The notes: generated by a model from the sequence alone, not told the origin. DNA of 64,000 nt from Desulfatiglandales bacterium (GCA_963662465.1 OY759599.1:6080001-6144000); one strand, 5' to 3'. Counted from the first letter of the stretch, positions 24,153 to 34,028 are shown. Numbers and translations: made by a program.

Positions 24153-24250
24153 CAAAAGCTGGAAAAAGATTGACAAAACCATATTTTAAAAATATTCTGG
24201 CGTGCTAGATGCGTTAAATGATTCAATTCGAGTAAAGGGGGTGATTCATA

Positions 24251-24340
24251 ATGGCCGTAAGTTTATCGGCGATTTTCTTTGCGAGGCCTTACGGTCCCGG
24301 CGAATGCTGCATACCCCCCCAAACATATGAGTGCTTTTGA
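24251..24340 (+). CDS. Putative 29-aa leader peptide upstream of rpsU
   Basis: GGGGGTGA Shine-Dalgarno, then ATG; MAVSLSAIFFARPYGPGECCIPPQTYECF*. No homology recognised. Confidence 0.3.
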   Translation: MAVSLSAIFFARPYGPGECCIPPQTYECF

Positions 24341-24438
24341 ACCTTCATCGCTTCAACAGGTGAGCCCTGATGCTTATTTGCCAGTGACCCATATATAACG
24401 ATGACAAGATAGACCCTGTCCGCTGTTGAAAGCGAAGG

Positions 24439-24473
24439 AAAGCATCTCTGATTGTTGTGAGGTGTTTTTTTTT
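24439..24473 (+). terminator. Terminator-like hairpin in the rpsU leader
   Basis: AAAGCATCTC/GAGGTGTTTT stem ending in a T9 run, about 36 nt before the rpsU ATG. Confidence 0.55.
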
Positions 24474-24509
24474 GAACTCAGACTTCTTTATGGTGCAACG
24501 AGGTAATTT

Positions 24510-24695
24510 ATGAAAGTAATTGTTCGTGATAATCAGATCGAAAAAGCGATTAAAGATTTAAAAAGGAAGTTAACCAAAGAGGGTTTTTTTTCGGAAATCA
24601 AAGAACGGCGTTTTTACGATAAGCCGAGTGTACAGAAAAAAAAGAAACAGGCCAAGGCTGCAAAAAGACGTCGAAAAAAAATAAGAAGATTTTAG
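24510..24695 (+). CDS. rpsU: 30S ribosomal protein bS21
   Basis: VIVRDNQIEKAIKDLKRK...EIKERRFYDKPS with a basic C-terminus. Confidence 0.93.
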   Translation: MKVIVRDNQIEKAIKDLKRKLTKEGFFSEIKERRFYDKPSVQKKKKQAKAAKRRRKKIRRF

Positions 24696-24861
24696 CTTTT
24701 CCTTGCTGCGGATGCCGGGAAAGCTTGCGGTGGGGGAACTCGTGTTTCGTGTTTTGAGTGTGGTTTTTCACTTGACAAAATGAGGACCAATTAGGTAAAT
24801 ACCCGAAACTGTTTGCCCCTTATTGACTCAACCCATAACCGGATGCAAGAGGCTTACGACC

Positions 24862-25578
24862 ATGAAAAACAAAACGAATTCCGCTGAAAACGGAACCCAA
24901 TCATCCATTGGAGGCTTGGTCCCGAGGTGGATTAATCTCAGCCTTGCAGTTCAGGACGTCAGTTTTTTCGTCTTAGGCCTTGTCGGCGCCTTGATTGTGG
25001 GTTGGGTAATTTTTCCTGCGGTACTCTATTCCAAGCAACCGCAGCCCATCAATTTCAATCACGCCTTGCACCTTGATTCTGAAAAAGTGGACGGCATTGA
25101 AGGGGATACGCCGGAAGAGAAATGTCAGACCTGCCACGCCTTCCGAGAAGACGGCAGTTTCGCGGGCATTCCGAAACTCGATAAATGCATGGAATGTCAC
25201 GATGATCCCGAATCCCCCCTGGGAGAAACGCCGGAAGAGAAACAATTCCTGGAGGAGTATGTTGCCGATGAGAAACCGATTCCGTGGCTTGTTTACTCAA
25301 AACAGCCGGACTGTGTTTATTTTTCTCATATTGCCCATGTCAAAATGGGTGAAATGGCATGTGCCACCTGCCATGGTGATTTCGCAAGCAACCAAAAACT
25401 GCCGTTATATGTTGAAAACCGGTTAACCGGTTACAGCATCAATATCTGGGGAAAAAATATTTCCGGATTTCATCTGAATAAAAAGCCGTCTGACCGTATG
25501 AAGATGGATGACTGTGCCGAATGCCACACCCAAAAGGGACAGGAACAGAATAACGCCTGTTTCGTGTGTCACAAATAA
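24862..25578 (+). CDS. qrcA: Menaquinone reductase multiheme cytochrome c subunit
   Basis: N-terminal TM, QPINFNH and 5 CxxCH motifs; first gene of a cytochrome/molybdopterin-like/FeS/NrfD operon. Confidence 0.85.
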   Translation: MKNKTNSAENGTQSSIGGLVPRWINLSLAVQDVSFFVLGLVGALIVGWVIFPAVLYSKQPQPINFNHALHLDSEKVDGIEGDTPEEKCQTCHAFREDGSFAGIPKLDKCMECHDDPESPLGETPEEKQFLEEYVADEKPIPWLVYSKQPDCVYFSHIAHVKMGEMACATCHGDFASNQKLPLYVENRLTGYSINIWGKNISGFHLNKKPSDRMKMDDCAECHTQKGQEQNNACFVCHK

Positions 25579-25585
25579 GGGGAAG

Positions 25586-28063
25586 ATGACCATGAAAATA
25601 ACCAGAAGAAATTTCATCGCATCTGTCGTTGGCGGGGTCGTGGGAATTCAGGTCACGCCTCTACCCTGGAAGCTTACGGATGACGCCGCCATATGGACCC
25701 AGAATTGGCCCTGGGTGCCGGTTCCCCCCACCGGCGCCGCCACGGAGGAAAATACCGTTTGCAATCTCTGTCCGGGAGGATGCGGCATTTCCGTCAGGAA
25801 AGTCGATCAAAGGGCCGTCAAGATAGAAGGTCGTACCGATTATCCCATAAACCCGGGGGGTGTTTGTCCGGTGGGTATGGGTGGTCTTCAATTGCTTTAC
25901 GATAATGACATGCGGTTTCCCGGACCCATGAAGCGGGCCGGCGCCAGGGGTGAGGGTCAGTTTGTCGAAATCAGCTGGGGCGAAGCTTACGACATTCTGG
26001 CATCGCGGATATCGAAGTTGCGGAAAGCCGGAAGGCCCGAGGCCATTGCCGCTGTTGACGGGAATGCCGAGGGAACAACCACATCCTTGTTGATCCAAAG
26101 GTTTATGCGAGCTGTGGGGAGTCCCAATTATGTGAAGCCCGCATCGATCACGGATACCTATGCCATGGGCAACCTTTTGATGTTGGGGAAATCAACCCCA
26201 ATGGCCTATGATCTGGAAAATTCCGATTATGTGTTGAGCTTCGGCTGTGGCCTCCTGGAAGGTTGGGGTGCTCCCGGTCGGGTGATGAATGCATGGGGCA
26301 TGTGGCATGATGCCAATCCGGCCAAACGGAAAACCAAGGTTGTACAGATTGAATCCCGGGCGTCCAACACCGCATCCAAAGCGGATTTCTGGGTAGCGCC
26401 CCGCCCCGGGACCGATGGCGCGTTGGCCCTGGGCATTGCACATGTACTCATCAGCAAGGGGCGTTTAGATCAGCGATTTCTAGACAATTTTTCCTTTGGA
26501 TTTAATGACCTGACGTCTTTAAGCGGTCAAAAAAAACCTGGCTTTAAATCGCTTGTGTTAAAAAACTATTCCCCCGCACAGGTGGAAAAAATCACCGGGG
26601 TTGACGCAAATGCCATTGTCTCATTGGCGGAAAATTTCAGCAAAGCAAAGACGCCGGTTGCCATTTACGGAAAAGGAAAAAACAATCTGAACGGCAGCCT
26701 GTATGAATTTATGGCAGTCCAAAGCTTGAATGCTATTGCGGGAAGGATCAACCGTCCGGGAGGCGTTTTGCTCCCAGATCCGCTTCCCCTGTCTCCCCTT
26801 CCTGACTTTGACCCTGATGAAGCGGCTGCGGAAGGTCTGAAAAAACCACGCCTCGATGGCGCGGGGTCGCCCGCATATCCTTTCTCCCAGAGCCTTATCA
26901 ACCACTTTGCCAAAGCCATTAACAACAGTGCGCAATCACCGGTAGATACGCTTCTTGTCTTTTCGGCAAACCCGTTTTTTACCGTTCCAGATGGCGGCGG
27001 GTTTAAGAATGCGCTGGAAAAGATCCCCTTCATTGTGAGCTTTTCGCCATACCGCGATGAGACAGCCAACATGGCCGATCTCATCTTGCCGGATCATAAC
27101 TACCTTGAGAAAATGGAGGATACGGTCTGGCCGGTCGGACTGCAGTATCCCTTTTTCGGGCTGTCAAAACCGGTGGTGGAACCTGTAAACAACACGCGGA
27201 ACGTTGGTGATGTGGTCATTTCCCTGGCCAAAGCCGTGGGCAATGAAACCGGCGGTGTATTTCCCTGGGAGAATTTTGAAGAAGCACTTCAGGTTCGGGC
27301 AAAGGGCCTGTTTGAGGCGGGCGGCGGAATGGTCCATTATGATCCTTCCCATCCTGCCTGGAGATTTAACCCGTTTCGGAGTATTCCTAAACCAACATAC
27401 GGCTCCTTCGATGAAATGTGGGAAGCAATGAAATCGGGCGGGATGTGGTATAGACCCGTGACCCTTGGAAAATCTTGGGAAGGTCTTTTCAGCACTCCCA
27501 GCGGCAAATTTGAATTCGTCAGCCAGAAACTGGCCCAGGCCGTTATGGCATATTCCCATGAAACGTCTGTGAAAGAGGCTTTTCGTCAATTGGGAATCCG
27601 CGTTTCCGGCGCCGAAGCGTTTATGGGGCATTACCAAGCCCCCAAACTGGGTGTGGATCGTTCCAAGTATCCCCTTTTCATGGTTCCCTATGAGATGATG
27701 AATCTAGCGGGTGGATGGATACCAACGCCGCCCTTCCTCTACAAAACCCTTTTTGACAGCCAGCTCTTGAAAAACGAATCTTTTGCCGCGATAAATCCCG
27801 AGACAGCCGCCAAATACAATTTGGGGCAAGGCGATCGGGTACTTGTCGAATCACCTGCCGGGCAACTGAAGGTGCGGGTGGATCTTTTTGAGGGAGCGAT
27901 GCCGGGGATGGTTTACATGCCGCTGGGGTTCGGGCACACAGCCTATGATGAATTCCAGAAGGGAAAGGGCGTTAACCCGAACAATATCGTCAATGCCTTA
28001 AATGATCCGGTCAGCGGCTATCCGGTCTGGTGGAATACGCCAGTTAAGTTAACTAAGGTTTAG
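25586..28063 (+). CDS. qrcB: Menaquinone reductase molybdopterin-binding-like subunit
   Basis: Tat signal ITRRNF, WKLTDDAAIWTQNW and CNLCPGGC; MopB-like fold. Confidence 0.88.
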   Translation: MTMKITRRNFIASVVGGVVGIQVTPLPWKLTDDAAIWTQNWPWVPVPPTGAATEENTVCNLCPGGCGISVRKVDQRAVKIEGRTDYPINPGGVCPVGMGGLQLLYDNDMRFPGPMKRAGARGEGQFVEISWGEAYDILASRISKLRKAGRPEAIAAVDGNAEGTTTSLLIQRFMRAVGSPNYVKPASITDTYAMGNLLMLGKSTPMAYDLENSDYVLSFGCGLLEGWGAPGRVMNAWGMWHDANPAKRKTKVVQIESRASNTASKADFWVAPRPGTDGALALGIAHVLISKGRLDQRFLDNFSFGFNDLTSLSGQKKPGFKSLVLKNYSPAQVEKITGVDANAIVSLAENFSKAKTPVAIYGKGKNNLNGSLYEFMAVQSLNAIAGRINRPGGVLLPDPLPLSPLPDFDPDEAAAEGLKKPRLDGAGSPAYPFSQSLINHFAKAINNSAQSPVDTLLVFSANPFFTVPDGGGFKNALEKIPFIVSFSPYRDETANMADLILPDHNYLEKMEDTVWPVGLQYPFFGLSKPVVEPVNNTRNVGDVVISLAKAVGNETGGVFPWENFEEALQVRAKGLFEAGGGMVHYDPSHPAWRFNPFRSIPKPTYGSFDEMWEAMKSGGMWYRPVTLGKSWEGLFSTPSGKFEFVSQKLAQAVMAYSHETSVKEAFRQLGIRVSGAEAFMGHYQAPKLGVDRSKYPLFMVPYEMMNLAGGWIPTPPFLYKTLFDSQLLKNESFAAINPETAAKYNLGQGDRVLVESPAGQLKVRVDLFEGAMPGMVYMPLGFGHTAYDEFQKGKGVNPNNIVNALNDPVSGYPVWWNTPVKLTKV

Positions 28064-28075
28064 GTGAGGTAGCTC

Positions 28076-28939
28076 ATGAAAAAAGAAAATGACCACGGGA
28101 AACCTGACGCCGGTCATAAAGCCCTGCATCAATCCCGTCAAAAGTATGGCATGGTCATCGATCTTGACAAATGTACCGGGTGTGGAACGTGTATGGTTGC
28201 CTGTGCGGCGGAAAACAATGTTCCCGTAAGGGCCGACCAAACCGATAAAGAGCGTACCATTACCTGGATGAGGCTGTATAAGATCTCCAATGGAAAAAAA
28301 TTCCCCCATACGGAAGTGAGTTATTTTCCCCGACCCTGTATGCATTGCGATCACCATCCACCGTGCGTTTCCGTGTGTGTGGCTACGGCTACGAAACTGG
28401 ATTTCAATACCGGTATCGTCAGCCAGATTTATACCCGATGTATCGGCTGTCGGTATTGCCAGGCAGCGTGTCCTTATGGCGCCCGGTACTTTAACTGGTG
28501 GGATGTCTTCCCCCAGGATAAAGGTATGGATCGCTATCTGTCTCCGGATGTTTCTCCCAGAATGCGGGGCGTTGTAGAGAAGTGTACCTTTTGCCATCAT
28601 CGACTGATGCGGGCAAAAAGTCAGGCTTACGCGGAAGGTCGCAGGGAAGTGGCGGAGGGCGAATATGTGACGGCCTGCACCGAAGCCTGCCCGGCGGGCG
28701 CCATTACTTTCGGGGATTTAAACAACCCGAAACATGCCGTATCGAAATTGAGCAAGCACCCCTATGCCTTCAGGCTTCTCGAACGTCTGGGGACGGAACC
28801 CAAGGTGTACTACCTCTCCAGCAGAGATTGGGTGCGTCGGTTGGCTGACAATTTCCTGCCCGGAGAATATCAACCAGTCGTCAACAGGACCTGGGCCGAA
28901 GAGGAATGGTCCACCAAACCGGGTCGGGACCAGTTTTAG
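28076..28939 (+). CDS. qrcC: Menaquinone reductase 4Fe-4S subunit (NrfC/DmsB type)
   Basis: YGMVIDLDKCTGCGTC, CMHC..PPC, CIGCRYC, EKCTFC. Confidence 0.9.
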   Translation: MKKENDHGKPDAGHKALHQSRQKYGMVIDLDKCTGCGTCMVACAAENNVPVRADQTDKERTITWMRLYKISNGKKFPHTEVSYFPRPCMHCDHHPPCVSVCVATATKLDFNTGIVSQIYTRCIGCRYCQAACPYGARYFNWWDVFPQDKGMDRYLSPDVSPRMRGVVEKCTFCHHRLMRAKSQAYAEGRREVAEGEYVTACTEACPAGAITFGDLNNPKHAVSKLSKHPYAFRLLERLGTEPKVYYLSSRDWVRRLADNFLPGEYQPVVNRTWAEEEWSTKPGRDQF

Positions 28940-28991
28940 GAATGTAAGGATCAAAAAAATGGCATGCTATCAGATGTCAGGAGGATGAGTA

Positions 28992-30233
28992 ATGGATTCC
29001 CCATTGTTACCGCATGGCGTAAAGAGATGTACCCCGGGGGTCTTTTTTCTATGGACCCTGCCTTGGCTGGCGTTGCTCGCATGGGGGGGCCTCTCGGCCG
29101 TTCTATGTCTTTGGAAGGGCTTGAACCAGACCAATATGAGCAATGTTTTCGCTTTTGCTCTGTGGATTGTTTTTGATCTGGCGGTGATTGCTTTGGGCGC
29201 CGGCGCTTTTTTTACCGGTTTTCTAACCTATATTGTGGGTCGCAAAGAGCTGAAAAGCATCATCAACACGGCGGTTATCATTGGTTTTATCTGCTATTCC
29301 GGCGCCATGGCCATGCTGGGCATCGACATTGGTCAGCCTATCAGGGGCTGGTTTATTTTCTGGCATGCCAATATTCACTCCATGCTGGTGGAGGTGTCCT
29401 TTTGCATCACCTGTTATTTGACCGTTTTAGCCATTGAATTCATCCCGATCATCCTGGAAAATAGGAAAATTGAAAAGGTAAAGGAACTACGGTTATTGGG
29501 TCACAATCTCCATGAGGTCATGGCGGTTTTTGCGGCAACAGGAACATTCTTATCCTTCTTCCACCAGGGGTCTCTGGGGGGTATGTTCGGCGTCATGTAT
29601 GCGAGGCCTTTTGCGGCTCGAGAAGGCTTTTATATCTGGCCCTGGACCTTTTTTCTCTTTGTGCTGTCCGCCATTGCCTGCGGACCGTGCTTTACCATTC
29701 TCTGTACAAAACTGACCGAATTCCTTTCACGCAAAAAACTGGTTCCTGACGATGCGATTCAATTTCTGGCGAAGATGTCCGGCTGGCTTCTCACACTGTA
29801 CATGGTTCTGAAGACCTTGGATTATCTGGGCTGGATATATGGTGTTGTCCCGAGAGCCGGGTTGACATTTATGGATTTTTTCAACGAAGGTCCCTATGGC
29901 GTTTGGATGATCATCGTTGAGATGGTATTTTGCGGATTTCTCCCTGCTATTATTTTGATGACGCCGGCCGGTCGAAAAAGCCAGGGCTGGCTTATCTTTG
30001 CCAGCCTGTTAAATTGTACCGGGATTGTGCTGAATCGGTTTCTGTTCATCATCGTGACCCTGGCGGTTCCGGTGATGCCCTTTGACCGCTTTTGGGGTTA
30101 TCTTCCCACGTGGCAGGAGTGGGGCATCGGGTTGGCGGTGATCGGTTATGGATTTATCGTTTTTTCCCTGGCTTATCGCTATTTGCCCATGTTCCCGAAG
30201 GAGACTGCTCTGAACCCGTTGCCGGTTGAATGA
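28992..30233 (+). CDS. qrcD: Menaquinone reductase integral membrane subunit (NrfD/PsrC family)
   Basis: Polytopic membrane protein with WIVFDLAVIALGAGAF, DIGQPIR, HQGSLGG. Confidence 0.9.
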   Translation: MDSPLLPHGVKRCTPGVFFLWTLPWLALLAWGGLSAVLCLWKGLNQTNMSNVFAFALWIVFDLAVIALGAGAFFTGFLTYIVGRKELKSIINTAVIIGFICYSGAMAMLGIDIGQPIRGWFIFWHANIHSMLVEVSFCITCYLTVLAIEFIPIILENRKIEKVKELRLLGHNLHEVMAVFAATGTFLSFFHQGSLGGMFGVMYARPFAAREGFYIWPWTFFLFVLSAIACGPCFTILCTKLTEFLSRKKLVPDDAIQFLAKMSGWLLTLYMVLKTLDYLGWIYGVVPRAGLTFMDFFNEGPYGVWMIIVEMVFCGFLPAIILMTPAGRKSQGWLIFASLLNCTGIVLNRFLFIIVTLAVPVMPFDRFWGYLPTWQEWGIGLAVIGYGFIVFSLAYRYLPMFPKETALNPLPVE

Positions 30234-30238
30234 TAGTG

Positions 30239-30353
30239 GTTAGCTGTTAGCGGTAAGGCATTAAAAGAGAGGTCACAAGGTAGGAAGAAAAGCCCGTTTG
30301 GTTTTGGGATGTATAAGGGGCTAACAGCTAATAGCTAACAGCTAACAGCTAAT
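30239..30353. repeat. Heptamer repeats (GTTAGCT... and GCTAA(C/T)A x5)
   Basis: GCTAACA GCTAATA GCTAACA GCTAACA GCTAATA at about 30320-30354, with complementary GTTAGCTGTTAGC at about 30239-30251. Confidence 0.8.
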
Positions 30354-30365
30354 AAGGAGATCGCC

Positions 30366-30530
30366 ATGACACCATTTTCTTTTGAATGGCAGTGGAACAT
30401 TGAGTATATGATTTTTTTCGGATTGCTGTACCTTGCTTTGGGGATCATCGGCGGGGGAATTACCGTTGTGGCCATTAAAACGGCCCTTCAGGTATTCGGA
30501 TTTATGCGGGAAAGAGATTTCCACGATTAG
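30366..30530 (+). CDS. Small 54-aa membrane protein at the end of the qrc operon
   Basis: AAGGAGA RBS; MTPFSFEWQWNIEYMIFFGLLYLALGIIGGGITVVAIKTALQVFGFMRERDFHD; a hairpin follows. Confidence 0.75.
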   Translation: MTPFSFEWQWNIEYMIFFGLLYLALGIIGGGITVVAIKTALQVFGFMRERDFHD

Positions 30531-30547
30531 AAAGAACTTTACCCCTG

Positions 30548-30579
30548 TTCACAAGGGTTCTTTTCGGAACCCTTGTGAA
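30548..30579 (+). terminator. Strong hairpin closing the qrc operon
   Basis: TTCACAAGGGTTC/GAACCCTTGTGAA perfect 13-bp stem; no clear T-run. Confidence 0.65.
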
Positions 30580-30819
30580 GCCCTGATCTAAAATTTGAAA
30601 TTCCAATTTTTGAGCAGTAAATCTCAACTAAATTCTAAATCTCAATTCTCAAATTCAATTCAACGCAATTTTTGTGCAAATCCTCAAATTATCAGAGATG
30701 CTTCAGTGTTGTTTTCTAGTTGCAGTGTTATATCGGTTGTGACATATTCATAAAAATAGGAACTTTGAAAGCCTTCAACCCGAACACCCAAAAGATTTCA
30801 AAACGAACGGTGGACATTG

Positions 30820-32061
30820 ATGGAAGCGTTTTTTAATCTCAAAACTCCCGATGAAGTTTTTCTAATCGTCGATGATTTTTCTCCCGTCGGCCAAGAAACC
30901 GTTTCCCTGGAAGATGCTTTAGGTCGGGTGCTGAGCCTGGATTTAACCGCGCCGGAGGATTTGCCTGATTTTTTTAAATCCACCATGGACGGCTATGCGG
31001 TTCACGCCAAAAACACTTTCGGCGCCACGGAAAGCCTTCCTGCCCTGCTGGAAATTGCCGGCGAGGTTTCCATGGGCGAGGCTGGAAAAATGGGTTTAAA
31101 ACCGGGACAAGCCGCAAAAATTCCCACCGGCGGCATGCTGCCCAAAGGCGCCGACGGGGTGGTGATGGTGGAGTACTGTACCCTCCTGGATGCGGGAACC
31201 CTTGAGGTCAGTCGCGCCATAAGCCCCCTGGAGAACATTATTCAACCCGGAGACGACTTCAAGCTGGGATCGCTCCTCCTACCCAAGGGAAAACACCTGC
31301 GACCCCAGGACCTGGGCGTCCTGGCGGGCCTGGGATTTTATGAAATTCCGGTCTTTCGCAGGCCATTGGTCGCCATCCTGTCCACCGGCGATGAAATCGT
31401 GCCGGTTTCCGGAAAACCTGATCCCGGGCAAATTCGAGACATCAATCGGTACACGCTGGGTGGCCTGTGCCGAAACATGGGGGCTGTTCCCATCTATATG
31501 GGCATATGTCCGGACCATTTTGAAACCCTCAGGGAAATGGCGGAAAAAGCCCTTGTAAAAGCCGATGCCTTGTGGATATCGGGGGGCAGTTCCGTGGGAA
31601 CCCGGGATTTCACCCTCAATGTCTTTGAAACCCTTCCCGATTTTTCATTGCTGGTTCACGGCATATCCCTCAGCCCAGGCAAACCGACCATTATGGGCCG
31701 CTCCGGCGCCAAACCCGTGATCGGTTTTCCCGGACATCCCGCTTCAACCGCCGTGGTGGCGGAAATTTTCATGACCAGAATGCTGGCAACGATTTCCGGC
31801 CGCATGGATGCGCAACATGATGTTCATTGCTTCAAGAAAGCCATCCTCAATCGAAACATCCCTTCATCCGGGGGGCGGGAGGATTATGTTCGCGTTAAAC
31901 TGGAAAAAGACGGGGAACGCTTGACCGCCGTACCCATATTTGGAAAGTCCGGCTTGATTTCAACATTGGCGGCGGCGGACGGGCTGGTCAGAATTGACAT
32001 GAATACCGAGGGCCTTTACCAGGGCCAGGAAATAGATGTGATGCTTTTTTCTCACACGTAA
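30820..32061 (+). CDS. moeA: Molybdopterin molybdotransferase MoeA
   Basis: STMDGYAV, IPTGGMLP.GAD.VVM.E, STGDE, SGGSSVG, PGKP, GFPGHP. Confidence 0.93.
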   Translation: MEAFFNLKTPDEVFLIVDDFSPVGQETVSLEDALGRVLSLDLTAPEDLPDFFKSTMDGYAVHAKNTFGATESLPALLEIAGEVSMGEAGKMGLKPGQAAKIPTGGMLPKGADGVVMVEYCTLLDAGTLEVSRAISPLENIIQPGDDFKLGSLLLPKGKHLRPQDLGVLAGLGFYEIPVFRRPLVAILSTGDEIVPVSGKPDPGQIRDINRYTLGGLCRNMGAVPIYMGICPDHFETLREMAEKALVKADALWISGGSSVGTRDFTLNVFETLPDFSLLVHGISLSPGKPTIMGRSGAKPVIGFPGHPASTAVVAEIFMTRMLATISGRMDAQHDVHCFKKAILNRNIPSSGGREDYVRVKLEKDGERLTAVPIFGKSGLISTLAAADGLVRIDMNTEGLYQGQEIDVMLFSHT

Positions 32062-32072
32062 AAGAGGTCAGT

Positions 32073-34028
32073 ATGAAAAGACAGGTATACCTTTCCATGA
32101 AGTCTCTTCATGAGGCTAAAAAAATCTTCTTTTCCAGATTCGGCCCCGATAAAAAGACCGGCGTCGCCAGCGTCAGGGCTGAGGACAGTAATGGGCGCAT
32201 CACGGCGGAACCGGTTTTTGCGGTGCATTCAGCCCCATCTTATCATTCCTCGGCGATGGACGGCATTGCCGTAAAGGCTGATCAGACCTATGGCGCCACT
32301 GAGCGAGTTCCCGTAACATTGGCCCTGCCAGGGGATGCGACCTGGGTCAATACGGGGCAACCCCTTCCCAAGCCCTTCAATGCCGTCATTATGATCGAAA
32401 ATGTGCATTTGATTGATGAGGGGCATGTGGAAATCCGCGCTTCCGCCTACCCCTGGCAGCATGTGCGCAAGGTGGGCGAAGACATTGTAGCGACCCAGCT
32501 GCTGTTTCCACAGAACCATCGCATCAGGCCCTATGATATGGGCGCGCTTATCAGCGGCGGGGTTTTTTCCGTCCAGGTGCGCAAACGGCCCCGCGTGGCC
32601 ATCATTCCCACCGGAAGCGAACTCATTTGTCATGAAGATATTTCAAATGGCGAAACTCTTGGCGAAGGCCGGATCGTGGAATACAACGCGCAGGTCCTTG
32701 CCGGTCTGGTCAGGGAATGCAACGGAGTCCCCTTGATCCACGACATTGTTTCGGATTCGGAAAAAGACATTCAAAAGGTGTTGATTAAATGTGTCAACTC
32801 CGAGGCGGATGTGGTCATCATCAATGCCGGGTCATCGGCCGGCAGCAAGGATTTCACGGTTCACGCCATCCGGGAAATAGGGGAGGTTCTGGTTCACGGG
32901 GTTGCCATGATGCCGGGAAAGCCGACGATCCTGGGCATTGTAGAAGGCAAACCGGTGATCGGGAACCCCGGTTATGCGGTTTCCGCGGTGCTATCCTTTG
33001 AACAGTTTGTAAAACCCTTGCTTTACGCCCTTCAGGGCGTTTCTCCGCCAAAAAAGCAAACCATTGGCGTTTATCCCACAAGGGATATCCCCTCTAAAAT
33101 GGGTACCGAAGAATTTATTCGCGTCAATATCGGGAAAGTGGGCGAGCGTTATGTGGCAACCCCCCTGGCGCGGGCGGCAGGCGCCATCACGACGCTGACC
33201 CGGGCGGAAGGGATTGTCCGCATACCCGCTCTTTCGGAGGGTATCCGTCAGGGCCGGGAAACCATCGCGGAGCTTCTGGTGGATTCGGAAGACCTCTTAA
33301 ATACGGTGGTCATCATCGGCAGTCACGATATGGCCATTGACATCCTTGGAGACGAAGTCAGGCGAAACAGCGGTTATATGCGCATTTCCTCGGGCAATGT
33401 GGGCAGTCTCGGGGGACTTCTCGCCATTCGGAAGGGAACTTGCCACATGGCCGGTTCGCATCTATTGGATACGGAAACCGGGACGTATAATATTTCCTAT
33501 ATCAGGCGCTATATTCCCGGTATGAACATGACGGTGTTTCACCTGGTTTTGAGAGATCAGGGTTTCATCCTTAAAAAGGGAAATCCAAAGGGCATCAGGG
33601 GTATTGACGACCTTGTCCGGAAAGACGTGGCGTTTGTCAATCGTCAGGCCGGATCCGGAACCCGGATACTTTTTGACTATCAGCTCAGTCTGGCCGGTAT
33701 TTCATCGGAAGCCGTCCAAGGGTATGACCACGAGGAGTTTACCCACATGGCGGTGGCCGTGGATGTCCTGAGCGGGGCGGCAGATTGCGGCATGGGAATC
33801 CATGCGGCGGCAAAGGCGTTGGATTTGGATTTTATCCCCGTTGCACAGGAGCAATATGATCTTATTATGCCGACCCACATGGTGGATCAACCGAACATTC
33901 AGACGGTGTTGAACACCATACGCTCCGACAATTTTCGAAAACGTGTCGCGGCCCTGGGTGGATATGATCCGTCCAAAAGCGGCGAACGTTTCGTGGAGGT
34001 GAAAAGTGGAGAACCTGGAATCGCTTAA
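32073..34028 (+). CDS. MoeA fused to a C-terminal periplasmic-binding-protein-like (PBP) domain
   Basis: SAMDGIAV and PGKPT MoeA motifs, plus GSHD, GSLGGL, FVNRQAGSGTR. Confidence 0.92.
   Translation: MKRQVYLSMKSLHEAKKIFFSRFGPDKKTGVASVRAEDSNGRITAEPVFAVHSAPSYHSSAMDGIAVKADQTYGATERVPVTLALPGDATWVNTGQPLPKPFNAVIMIENVHLIDEGHVEIRASAYPWQHVRKVGEDIVATQLLFPQNHRIRPYDMGALISGGVFSVQVRKRPRVAIIPTGSELICHEDISNGETLGEGRIVEYNAQVLAGLVRECNGVPLIHDIVSDSEKDIQKVLIKCVNSEADVVIINAGSSAGSKDFTVHAIREIGEVLVHGVAMMPGKPTILGIVEGKPVIGNPGYAVSAVLSFEQFVKPLLYALQGVSPPKKQTIGVYPTRDIPSKMGTEEFIRVNIGKVGERYVATPLARAAGAITTLTRAEGIVRIPALSEGIRQGRETIAELLVDSEDLLNTVVIIGSHDMAIDILGDEVRRNSGYMRISSGNVGSLGGLLAIRKGTCHMAGSHLLDTETGTYNISYIRRYIPGMNMTVFHLVLRDQGFILKKGNPKGIRGIDDLVRKDVAFVNRQAGSGTRILFDYQLSLAGISSEAVQGYDHEEFTHMAVAVDVLSGAADCGMGIHAAAKALDLDFIPVAQEQYDLIMPTHMVDQPNIQTVLNTIRSDNFRKRVAALGGYDPSKSGERFVEVKSGEPGIA

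Noticed and set aside
24329..24448. 6S RNA
   Set aside because: The hairpin is only about 120 nt, and I could not recognise 6S consensus segments or its usual gene context. It is kept as part of the rpsU leader finding.
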